From the NCBI GenBank assembly GCA_023213395.1, contig CM041465.1:234243741-234307740 (forward strand): DNA of 64,000 nucleotides, read 5' to 3'. The stretch comes from Cycas panzhihuaensis. Its lineage: Eukaryota > Plantae > Cycadophyta. The notes below the pieces were generated by a model, which was not told the origin of the DNA, made no database searches, and saw nothing but the letters and a program-made list of their open reading frames with translations. Position numbers and translations under genes: made by a program. Positions 1-12,125 of the stretch are shown here, piece after piece. Numbering within the stretch: the stretch's first letter is position 1; every line of letters begins with the position of its first letter.

Positions 1-748
1 TACATGATGTAAGTGGGGATGAAGTTAACACACAACTTACCCTAAATACCAAGAGGGTGCTAGCAGTTATGTACACTTTTTTTTATCTCTCTCTCTATTT
101 TTTATTTTTTTAAGGAAGGGTGTCATTCCATATTATAGTTCAGATGAGGGTCATGGTGAACTAAGTGTCATTAAACCCACTTTCTTGGTAACTCATCTCA
201 TCCGATCTCATACCTATTAAGAAGTAGGTGATTACAACTAAGATAAGGACCTTGGTAAAGAATGAGATGATTCAATGAGATGAAATGACATCATACTAAT
301 ATAATCCTAGGTGAAATCATGAAGTAACTTATTAGAGGGATCATTAAATTAGTTATTCTACTCAGGTGAAGAGTTTAATAAAGGTCTTAGTTTACTAGTT
401 GAGACTGAACATGTAATAAAGGTTATTCCCGATGGCATTAGATTCCTTTCCTTAGAGGGAAATATAATTAACTTAAAGGGAATAATGTGGTTAAGGCTTT
501 AGAAGGGAGGGTGGATGACCTATTCGAAAGTGGTCTTAGCCTTACAAGGATATTACATAAGATGCTCATAAGTAGGGGTGGGATATATGGAATTCGCTCA
601 TGATAGGAATTGGTACAAGTTAAAGAAACATCCTATAAAGGCTTCTCAAGAGTTGTATTATCTCTTACTAAAGAGACCCCCTTATAATATAACTGAGGTA
701 AAGTGTTCAATAAGGAGTTCTCTAAATCACTATTATAAGGACTCAATG

Positions 749-1047
749 TGTTGGGTAAAGGACCTAGTTGTCACACTCCACTATACTAAATCAATGACAC
801 ATAATAAGGGTAAAATGAAGAGAACAAGATTAAGAGAAAAAATGAGAGATGAAAATTATTACTCTTCTTTTCACATTCAACTTTATATAATAGAGGATGT
901 GCATTAGGGTTTCTAAAGGAGTTTTCTACCTAATAACATAATCCAAAAATTACACTTAAATGTAAATGAAATTATATTTAACTATATAACTTAGCTAACG
1001 TAGAGTCACCTTCATATAATTAATCTAATGACCTTGATATATTAACA
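749..1047 (-). repeat. LTR-like segment (TG...CA) of uncertain affiliation
   Basis: Begins TGTTGG at 749 and ends TTAACA at 1047; TATA-like CCTCTATTATATAAAG on the minus strand near 881-896. No second copy and no clear TSD. Confidence 0.35.
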
Positions 1048-1083
1048 TCCATCAATTCCCTCATTAATGGTAAAAGGTCATTA

Positions 1084-1481
1084 TGATAAAATCTATTCTA
1101 TGAGGTCTTCATTTAAGCCTCATTATTACATTGACACTTTTATGGGAAAACCCTCATGGGGAATAGAAACCCACAAACTTTCTAAGATCTATAGCCCCTT
1201 AAATCAAAATAGCTAGCATGGATCTTGATGTAGCATGATAACCAAGCAACTTAAATATATAGTTTGGTTTGCTAAGTCTCCATATACCATTTGGTCATGC
1301 CCCATGCCCTTTTAGGTTTTTATAGATTCTAATTTTCTAAGACTAGTACAACCCTTATCCTTTTGTGCCCATAAGGGGTGAAAAGTTTTCACAAATAGGA
1401 TAGAGTAGAGACTTACTCTTATTGTTTTGTGCCCACAAGGGATTTTTAAGAATGGGATAGAGTATAAAGATCCTATTGTCA
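1084..1481 (-). repeat. 3' LTR of Copia A (left boundary approximate)
   Basis: Directly follows the PPT; contains GGGAAAACCCTCATGGGGAATAGAAACCCAC (~1144-1174), the same motif class seen in the LTRs of element B, and an internal ~63-bp duplication (TTTTGTGCCCAYAAGGG...GGATAGAGTA). Confidence 0.55.
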
Positions 1482-1509
1482 TCTCCTCTAATCAGTCAAA
1501 GATAGAGGC

Positions 1510-4500
1510 TTGAAGGCTAAACTACCTACAAAACTATTCAAACTTCACCTTTTGTAGTAGTTTGATGAAGATATTAGGCACTTGCTTTATTATGGGATAA
1601 TACTCTAGTTGAATTATGCCGTCATGAACTAGTTCTTAAATCTTATGGACTTATGTACTTTTGTATTTGGTATAATCATGAAATACATGATTTTTTTCTA
1701 TGTGGATTATTCATTAATTATTTACATAAAGGCTAGTAGGACTTGTTTAGGTGATATTGAATGTTTCTAATAATTTTCTAAGCCATATCACCTCCTTACT
1801 AGTCTTATAAGTAGTAATATATTCAGCTTCAGTAATTGAATTAGCAACTATCTTCTGCCATCTAGATCTCCATGAGATTTGTACTGTTCTAAGAAATATT
1901 ACATACCTAAATATGGATCTCCCTATGTCTTTATCTTCAGCAAAGTCTAAGTCTATGTATGCATATAGTTTGAACTTTGAATTAGGTTCATACAACATAC
2001 CATATTTGTTAGTTATCTTAAGGTACCTCAACACTTGCACTATTACTTACTAGTGATTCTATTTAAGATTTATCATGTAATGAGCTAGAATACCAACAAA
2101 GTATGTAATATTAGGTCTTGTATTAGTAGTATAGATGAGACTACCTATAAGTTGCCTGTAAAGTATTTCATCTACCTCTTGATCATTGTCATTAGCTGTT
2201 AGTTTAACATTGGATTCAATTAGAATGGCTATAGTTCAAGCATCTTCCAATTGAAACTTTATTAGAAGATCATTGGTGCACTTTTCTTGAGAAAGAAAGA
2301 TTTTACTATCTTTTTGAGTGACTTCAATCCCCAAGTAGTATTTCATCAACCCAAGGTTAGATAGTTTGAATGTTTTAGCTAAGCCTTTCTTTAGATGGAT
2401 AATTGCCTGCTCACTATTCCTTGTTATAAGCATATCATCCACAAAGATTAAGAGATAAGTGACTTAATCTTTTTGGCATTTGATGAACAATGTTGCATCA
2501 ATATCCTCGTAGTCATAAACCTCATATTCAAGTTACCTTATTCTTTTTTACAACTTGGTAAACTAAGCACAAGGGGCTTGTTTAATGATGTACAAGGACT
2601 TTTAAAGCCTACACACCTTATGCTCTAGACCAGTAATCTCAAATACTTCAGGCTAAGTCATGTAGATTTTTTCTTCAAGATGACAATTAAGAGATATAGT
2701 TTTTACATCGAAGTGGTGAATCTTCTAGCCCTATTGAGTTGCCAAGGCTATAAGAGTTCTGAGTATGGGCCACTTGGGTGTAGCTGCAAAGACTTCAGTG
2801 TAGTCAATGCCTTCCCTTTGTGTGAAACCCTTTTCTACCAACCTTGCCTTGTGTTTTTCAAGGGTGCCATCACATCTATATTTATTTTTATACATCCATT
2901 TATTTCTAACTATCTTTCTTCTAAGCAGTAGGTCGACGGTCTCCTATGTACCATTTTTCATAAGAGATTGATACTCTTCATTCATGGAATTCCTCCAAAC
3001 TATGTGTTTTACAGCTTCTTGGTATGAGAGGGGCTCTTCATTGAGAGCAATATGTAATTTTGTTGGTTCTAACTTAATAAAGAGTGATTCCTATATCTTA
3101 GCTCTACAAGTACTTTAAGTATTAATTTTACCTAAATATCCTTATTTAGCTGGTAGGCTTCATGAAAACCTTGAGTTGGGAATGGGGTCTTTATTTCTCC
3201 AACTATACAGTCTTTATTTAGATCCTAAAAATGATCATTTTTCATATTTATTGAGGAGGATATTGATACATCTAGGGAGCATGATCCATCTACCACTACT
3301 TTACCTTTGTTAACTTTGATATTCTTGAATGGAAGTGCATGATGTACACTCATTGGTTGAGAGTCACAACTACTATCCTTCGTGTCTCTATTGTCAGATT
3401 CTAATAGTTTGAGTAACTATTAAGTGTCTCACCCTCCCAAGTTTTGGAATCTATACATCATATTGAGTAGTATCATAGTAATGGTAGTTTGGTATTTTTG
3501 AGTCCAATTATAATAATTAATCCTCTATTTTAGAAAACACCACATCTCTGTGATGATAAATTTTCTACTATGAAGGTATAAATACCTTGTATCCCTTTCT
3601 TATCTATAGGGTATCCAATAAAGATGAATTTAAGTGCCCTAGGTTGGAGTTTATTTCTATCTCCAGCTAGTATATGGGCATAACATATTGAGCTAAATAT
3701 TTTGAAGTGGTAGGTAGTGGGGGCCTGCCCAGTCTACTTTTTATTAGGAGAAGTTCCTCCTTTAGATGGGTTGATAGCATTTATACAATAAATAACTATC
3801 TAAATTACTTCTACCTATAGGTAAGTAGGTATATTTTTATAAACCAACATAGCTTAAGCCATATTCATAGTAGACGTATTCATGTGCTTGGCAACTCTAT
3901 TTTGTTGGGGGGTGGCTACTATTATAATATGATATTTGATGCCATTATCTTGTAGATAGGTTTCAAACTTAGTAGAGGTATATTCTCTACCATTATCTAT
4001 TTGGAGACACTTAATTTGATAACCTAACTCCTTTTTAGTACAGGCTTTAAAAACTTTAAAGACACCAAATGCCTCATCTTTCCTGGTCAGAAAATCCACC
4101 GACACGTTTCTAGTAAAATCATTAATGAAGGATATGTAATATAATTTTTGCTTCAATAATGTAATAAACATTGGTTTGTATAGATCAGAGTGTACCAATT
4201 AAAGAGGATGACTTAATTTCCACTATCTATTGGCAAAGGGTTATCTATGAGATTTGGCTATGATACATGCTTTATATTTAAAGGGCTTAGAGGAGAACTT
4301 AGGCAGACCTGGAAGGGTATGATAAAGATCTCTAAGTAGATTAATATAAGCATGGCCCATGTGAGCATGCCTAAGATATTTTAAGGATAGCTTAGGGTGT
4401 GTTAAAGTGGTATAAAAAGCAAAGTCTTCATCAACACAAGGGCTTTAAGCATAATTGGCTTTAGAATATGGGAAGTCATTCAACTTAAATAATTTTCTAG

Positions 4501-5995
4501 TAAGCTTTCTAGTCAAGATCACTCAATTTATTGGAGGATGAATGACATAGAGAGTTTGGTAATTTGTGGTAATACTAAGATCAAACCCATGAGAGACAAG
4601 ATTGGATAAGGAAAATAGGTTTTGTTTCATATTAGTAATGTACAGGATATCAAGTAATATAAAGTATCTCAAGCCTAAGAGTTTTAGGCATATGTTTCCA
4701 ATAGCTTCGACTAGTTGTTGAGATTTGTTAGTCATATGAATAATACCATATATATTGGAATCAAAAGTTTGATATAGATCTTGATTACAAGTAATATGCT
4801 ATGTTGCTCTTGTATCCATGATCCATGAGGAGGTGTTTGAAATTATGCTATTTATAACTCCAAGAGGCGTTTGTAGTGGTGATTCAAGATCACAAGTTGC
4901 ATAGCTATAATGAGCTACAAAATACCTCTTAGTTTGATCAATAGTTCTTCCCTCAAATCTTTGAATGTGTGTTTGAGAAAAACTTGTACCATCAAACTAT
5001 TCTTCATATGTTTTATCAACATTGTGAGCCTTATATTTCTATTGAAACTTAGGCAACTTATATGCAGGTGTACGACAATCTTTTATAAGGTGTCCTTTTA
5101 TATTGTAACTTTTACATATGATAATCTAATTTATAGTTCTTGAAGTACTAGTTTGGCATGATTATCTTACATTAAAAGGTGGTGCTTGGCCTTGAAACTA
5201 TCTAGGATACTATTCTTGAGGGTTCTATTAACCTTGTGGCTAATTTCTTATGCTTCATCCTCTATCCCTTACTTGGTTATTTCCTCTACCACGAGAGGAA
5301 CCCTGATTCTTTGAAAAGCATACTTCTTCTTCCACATCAAAAACTACATCTAGAAGAGGATCTAAAGTTACAAAATTAGTATCAAAGGTCTTATTAAATT
5401 GTATAAATTTCTCCGCAAGATCTTCAAAGGTAAGTGTCTTCAACATTCCACTTAATTGAGGACTCTTAAGTAAGTTCTTATAATTAGATACATGTAGATA
5501 GGACTGTATGAGGAATGCCCAATATATTAGGTCTTAAAATCTTTATCTATTACTTGTTTGATTAGTCAAAGGAGGTTGATTATTTCATGTGCATATCCCT
5601 TCTATATCTTTATCTTATTCATCTTTAAGACTAGATGAACAAATTCAAAGTTAGACTTTGCATCATTTTTTTTTTAAGAACCTTGAGGACTTTCTAGGTT
5701 GTACCATGTTATTCTTTATCAATTAGATTATGTAAGGAGTGATCAATCACCAATAGAATACCTACACAAATCTTCTCATCATCAATCTCTCATTGTAGTT
5801 TAGTTGTAGGATCTATTAGAGCTACAAGTGGCATTCCTCCAAAGGCAAGTGCTATTTCTATTGTAGGAATGACAGGTGTAAGCTATAGATGGGCTCTCTA
5901 AAGGCTTTCATACTTAGCAACATTCTTAACTCTAGTATAGCATAGATCCCAATTGTCTTTCCCTTTTAATATGTAGTTTATATTCAACTTAAATT
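1510..5995 (-). pseudogene. Copia gag-pol pseudogene of element A
   Basis: LKGKDNWDL (gag N-term), SWIMDTRAT*HIT (protease), VHSDL...YYISFINDFTR...QIDNGREY...TPQQNRVA (integrase), DDMLIT...LGLMKYYLGIEV (RT), YIDLDFA...ISWRSRWQ...TEAEYI (RNase H); many stops and frameshifts. Confidence 0.92.
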
Positions 5996-8040
5996 AAGAA
6001 GATATAGTGAAGATGATAAAGTAAAAGAGATAGTAAGAAAATAATAAATGAAAATACCACTGGCAGATATGACCGATATACTTGGCACAGTAAGGAGAAA
6101 TATGATTAATAACAAGCAATGATAACAATCCACCAACACTTATGGTCAATATTCCTAATGCAGTAGGGTTTGATGATGTGTACAAATGGTAATATAAGGA
6201 TCACAAAGATAAATGATGTGTTATATGATCATAAAATCAAGATTATACCCATGTAGAAGCTAACATGTGGGTGCACACAACTAAAACCCAAATCTGATGT
6301 AACTTGTGTGATCAAACCCAAACCTCTATCTCAAGTCCAAAGTAGTTGAGGTGTCAATGCCTAAGGGGGCTTTTACTATACGTATTAGGGCCTTTACCTG
6401 TGATACTCGCACCTGTGCTTGGTGATGAAGTCCAAGTCACAATGGAGCCTAGGTACTCCTAGTCCTCACTCAGTTCACCAATGAGTAGCTACATACCTCC
6501 TCCAAAGAGTCAAATTTAATATACATATCCCATAACTATGATAAATATTAAATTGGGTATATTTTACTCTTGATTAAAGTTTTCAATTTTCTTGGGTGGT
6601 TATCAAGATTATCCCTAATTGGATGCTGTAGGTATGGATAACCTATCCCTCCACCACTATTTGAGTTAAGACTAGACCCAGTATGAAACTCACACCTCCT
6701 TTAAAGCCCAGACTTCAGCCAACCATGGTCTATTTCAATCAAGATGAGTGTGTGTACAAGTTAAGTTCTGGGGGTATAAGTCATATAGATGAGACTTTTA
6801 GGAAATAATGTAAGTTATTTCCAAATAACTAAAAACTAAAATGGAAAGATGCCAAATATACTTACTTGTCTTCTGTACTTGCTTTGTTGTTGTTGTTGCT
6901 TTATGTATTACTTTATGCTATGTGTGGAAATAGAAAGAGCATGCTAGATTTAGTAGGGAAACTAGATGTTGCTTCTAATCTAAGGTTTCCCTTACTTTAG
7001 TACAATGTTTCCAAATATATTTTTAGAAATTTCAATACAAAATCCATAAAGTGCCAATAAGTAGATTAATTTTCCACTAAAATACTAATTTTTCTAAATC
7101 TAGATGCATGTTATTTTGCCGTATTTTGTATTTTTTTTACAAAATTTATAAATAATAATAAATAGGCAAAATTTTCTAAAAATTATAAATATGGAGGCCT
7201 AAATGATGGAATTTGAATTTATGATAGAAGAAAAAAGTGTTTAAAATTTTGTTTCTAATAAGATGATGAAGTTAAATTTCTAAAAAGGTATAAAAATTTT
7301 TGCCCAAAAAAAACACAAAAGTAAAATCTTGTTAGATTCACTGTCTCAGAATCCAAAATTCAATATGTTAAAAGCTTCATCTTGACACATGCATCAACTT
7401 TTTCTTCTGCATCATCTCTAAAAACAACAAAAAAACTGCCCAAAATGCCCTTCTAACATTTTTTGTGGGGTTGAGGAGGCAAATTTAGCATCCATCAGAA
7501 AGCTACAAAGATCTCATTAACTAGTGGATGAAGTTTAATGAGATTTATCTCAAAATACTCCAAAGAAATAAATCTACTACATCCCTCAAAAAAGTGTTTA
7601 TATTTTTAGCTCATGTTTAAAGGATTTCATTGAGAAAACTACCCTAAGTTAGTTATCCACAAATTTTAACCTTTTATTTTAGTTAAAACTAGCTATTTCA
7701 GGCTAAATATAAAGCTACTCTAGAAGAAAAAAATGATCCCCTTGACAATGCAACCCTACATATCAAATTTTATCAAAATCTAAGATGGTCAAAATTTTCA
7801 TAAAATTTTAGGCCTTCAATACTTCTGGGGTTGTTCTAGCAACCAAACAGCTTCAAAAATCTGTCTTTTTTATCTTTGAAATTCCACACACATAAAAAAT
7901 ATAACAACATATAAACTAATATAATTTGAAGCTCTTTAATACAAAATAAAATTCTCAAATAAGCTCTTAACCTCATATGAATTATGAGTGAGAGGCATTA
8001 ATGGCTCTGTGTAAGCCTGGTAGGGAAATATGGCCAACAA

Positions 8041-8054
8041 TGGCTCTGATACTA
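8041..8054 (-). promoter_or_regulatory. Primer binding site (tRNA-iMet), element A
   Basis: Minus strand TAGTATCAGAGCCA = TGGTATCAGAGCCA with one G-to-A change. Confidence 0.85.
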
Positions 8055-8056
8055 GT

Positions 8057-9860
8057 TGTTGAAGATATAAAAAATATGGTTGAAAAAAAGGCCTTAAGTT
8101 TGAACTAGCTTGTAGGAATCTAGCTTTCCTTAGTAAGCATGTGGTAGAAGATAATACAAGTGGTTGTGTAATCATCCCAAGTGAAATAAGCATGGGTATG
8201 GAAAGACCTAGTGAATAAAGTCTAACTCTTAGAGGAACATATAGGGTATGTTGATTAGTAGTGGAAATGAACAAGTCAATCTCATCATCTTAGTGTTAAT
8301 TCTCCTCTTCTAGTGGCTTAGGTTTAGTAGTTTTTGAAGGGTAATTTTCCCAATCTAATAAGCTAAGGTCATGAAAGCATGATCCTTAAGTCTACAAAGT
8401 AGGAGTAGCAAAAAACTTAGTAAAAAGGTCTAAAACCTCATCAAGGAAAGTATCACACACAAGAGAAAGCTCATTGAGTTATCTAAAGGGATCATGATAA
8501 GTTTCTCTAAGTAGCTCTAAATTAAAATTAGAAGATAGTTTAATGAGAGGTTCTGAGACCTCATCACTATTAGAGGAACTAAAGACTTCATCCATGGGTT
8601 AAGAGCCTATTTTAGGGATAGAACAGTATGAAATAGGCTTAAAACCTAACTAAGGGAGAGATATAAAAGAATATATAGTGTCACAGATAGGGAAGCTACT
8701 AGTAAGACTAGTCATAATTGATGACCCTAGATCCTAGTGTAAGGGAGTAGTGGTAGACATGAATTAGGTAACTACCTCTATATGATATAAATTTATTTTA
8801 CATACTTCTAATAGAATTGGGATTGAGTGCATGACTATATTAACCATTTCAAGATTAGTATCAAAAGGCTCTACCTAATGGGAAACTAATGAAGTTACAT
8901 ATTAATGGGTTTGTTGCATGGTAGATTTATAGATTTGATGAAGTATTTCTTCAAAAATTTGAGTTGGACATACATCATCAAGTTTCATGATGGGCTCATA
9001 AAAAGCAATTTCAGATTTACTATCATTTTGCTCAATTGTAAAGAGGGATTTTTGTTTTACTAAAAAGAGATAAGTGATATCAAAGTCACTTATAAAGACA
9101 TCTACAAATTGTTGGAATGATGAGATTAAGTTTTGGGGTAGGTGATAACACCACTAGAGTGCACTACCTTATAATATCCTTTGAAAACGTTTTATTAGTA
9201 AGAGGTCATTGGGCATAATATAAGCATATGTAAAGGTGAATGCTTTGATGTGACTTAAAGGATCTTTCCCAAGTATTCCCCAAAATATAGGTAACTTACA
9301 AATGAAATAGGAGAGGTAATAAAGACAAACCTTGCATGGAAAAAGGCTCTTCATATCCATAGGCTTGTCTTCAGGTGATGTAGTCACATGAGAAGGGGAT
9401 GGTTGATGGGTATGAGCATAACTAGTGGGGCTTATGCCCAAGTGAGATGCATAATTAAGGGGCACTCGATCAACAAGCTCTTGCATAGGGACATGAATAT
9501 AGATAGAAGTAGAGGTAACCTAAGCTGGGTTTTGCCTATAAGGATGTACAAGAGGGTTTTGGAGATAAAACATAGGTGCTCTTTGAAATATTTAAGGATG
9601 GTATAGTTCATATCTAATAGGTTGGCTAGAGTAATGTTATGGGCTAACTGCAAGACATGGTTTGTAAGTAGTGGTATACGATTGCTAAGAGTATAGAGCA
9701 TGTGATTGAAGGGATGGTTGCTCTATTCTTAATATGTATAAAGGTTATTGAGGAGGCATGATTGAAGAAGTTTGAGATACAAGCAATTGAATATCCATGG
9801 AGGATATGGATAAGATGCAAAAATTAAGATTACACAAGAGTAGCTACGAAGTTTTGGCAA
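8057..9860 (-). pseudogene. Ty3/Gypsy (Tat/Ogre-like) gag-protease remnant, element E
   Basis: GKDPLSHIKAF...LLIKRFQRIL*GSAL*WCYHLPQNLISSFQQFVDVF is a Retrotrans_gag-type motif; DDEID...HTLYVPLRV...LYSLGLSIPML resembles the Tat/Ogre protease region. Confidence 0.75.
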
Positions 9861-12125
9861 CTCCCTACTATGCTCGCTAGGAAATGTTCCTAGGTTAGGG
9901 GGACCTAGTTAACTGAGTTAACTTAGGAGTGAGAGTTTTAAAGTAACTAGGTCTAACTAGGACTTTTGATCCTATTTGAGGAAATAAGGATGGTTTCTCT
10001 AAGTTTAAAATCAGAAGGTTTAAGGTATAAGTTACAAGGTGCTTATTTGGTTTATTATTATTTTTGCTTATATCAAAAACAAAAATATTTTAAAATTACA
10101 AAAAGTAAAATACAATGAACAAACCGAGATCAAAATCCTCTTTTTATTAGGGAGAAAAGTAATCCATCCTTTATCTAGTGAGGGGTATATTGAAGGAAGA
10201 TTTTCCTTAATCAATCATCTTAAGGCTTCCTACTCTTCTACCCTTTCTAAGTTTCATATTGGAGAGAGGGTCTTAAACCTCAAGCCCAAACTTAAAGAAA
10301 AATGCTATATCATTCTATACTAAAGAAAGGGAGGACTGACAAATGCAAGGATCCAAGAGAGATCAAACCCTAGATTAATGACCCTATTGGAGGTTAGCTA
10401 CTAGGGACTCACTTACCTAATGATAATCCACCTATGAGGATAGATGGCATCAGGATACTCATGTCTAACTCTAATGGACTCTTATATTTAGAGGTGAAGA
10501 AGAACAAGAAATCTCTCTCAACCCAAAATGTAATGGACCACTACTTTTGGTGTTTAAAACATGGCTAGAGTTGTAACAACTCCCAAAGAAGGGAGAGTCT
10601 AATATACTGAGGAGATAAAGGCCTTATCAAGTAAAGACTCCTTCACAATAGGATGCATTTGCCTCTAAGAGAAGGACAGGCTTGATACGCTAAGGGAATC
10701 ACTTCTTGGTCAATCAATAAGATCCTAATAAATAGAAGTGGGCCTATTCTAGGGGACCAACAAGCACTTAATTGTAAATGTAAATTTATATGCAATTTTA
10801 TATTTACATAAGCAAGTAGTCAAAACATAAAACAAAGTAATTTAAGATTAATGCAACATGAATACATTCCCTAATGCAAGCTATATGATCTTTTATTAAC
10901 AGATAAAACTTTAAATACTCTTCTTATTTTTATTTTCTTCTTTTAAAAATGAAATGAAATAAAACCTAGAGAAATAAAATTATTCTTTTATTATAATTAT
11001 GATTATCCTAGCTAGGGTTCTTTTTCATCTTTACAAAAAGGAGAAAGAACTTGAGTAAATTGTAAAAGTAAAGAAGATTACCTAGTGTTGTAGTCCTTGA
11101 TTGCCTTCAAATGGTATCCTACCTTATTACTAGGGATTTAAAAGAGAAAGATAAGTATTCTATCTAATGGAAAGTTAGAAAATCAACCATAGAAAGATAG
11201 GTTAATAAAAATAAAACTAAAAAAGCAACCATTCAAGATCCTTTTCCTTTTAATATCTCATAATAAAGATAATAAATAGAAAAGAAAAACTTAAATAATA
11301 TAGAAGTTTACTTGAACAAAATTGTTTATAGAAAGAGAAAAGTGCCTCAGATCAGTGTCCTTGGCCCATAATATGCTCCTAAATTAGACTTTCAATCTGG
11401 TTGAAAGAAGAAAAGGGATAATAAAGAAGAAAATAAGGAGTAATTTTGAGAAGAAGAAGAGAAAAAATGGGGGAAATAGAAGAATATGAAGAGAATAAGG
11501 AGAGAATAGAGAAAAGAATCTTCAACTCTAGCTTCTTAAAGCTTACTTAGATTTGGAAGAAATGTAGGCTTGAAAGAAAGAATGAAAGCTCTTCAAAACC
11601 TAAGTAGGTTATATAATCTCCTTTAATTTTTTCCTTAAAATCTCCTCAAGATTAAGCTCCAATATAGACCTATAAGAGAAAAGCTAAAATCCTAGATAAG
11701 ATTTGATATTAAATTGATACAAAGATATGAACTCTTAAGCTTGATTCTCAAACTCCATTTTCTTCTCCTTCCTAAGATTTCTTAAAATTATATGAGAGTT
11801 CCAAATTTATAGAAATAAATTATAGACAAAACTAGTGGCAAAATTAGGGGGAGAGGATTAGTGGGCATCCACTAGAAAGAAATCCTAATGATAAAAAATG
11901 ATGGCTTGCCATTGGTAAAATTCTTTTGATGGGCAAAAAGATAAAAAATATAATAAACAATGAAAAACATGATAAATAGATAAAAAACATAATGAATATA
12001 TCCAAAAACATGATGAATGTACTAAAAACATGATGAATATATGAATACTATGATGAATATTTTTTAAGAAAAAATGAAGATTTTTTAGTTAGAATTTAAA
12101 AATTTTAAAGGGGAAATGTATTACA
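9861..12125 (-). mobile_element. Leader/LTR region of Gypsy E (approximate)
   Basis: Non-coding DNA upstream of gag, with a GC-richer block at 10140-10770 homologous to 63590-64000; ends at GGGGAAATGTATTACA (minus TGTAATAC..., LTR-start-like). Confidence 0.45.
11963..12060. repeat. Degenerate ~20-bp minisatellite (AAAAACATGATGAATATAT), 4-5 copies
   Basis: Directly visible repeated AAAAACATGATRAAT units. Confidence 0.75.

Larger units (their letters stand above)
1084..8056 (-). mobile_element. Ty1/Copia LTR retrotransposon A, decayed, 5' LTR absent
   Basis: Minus-strand order gag-PR-INT-RT-RH; degenerate tRNA-iMet PBS (TAGTATCAGAGCCA, 8041-8054); PPT TTAGAGGAGA (1482-1491) followed by TGACA LTR start at 1481. 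Confidence 0.85.

Noticed and set aside
9855-9870. Plus-strand PBS-like TGGCAACTCC
   Set aside because: Wrong orientation relative to the adjacent gag remnant and not preceded by an LTR-terminal CA.
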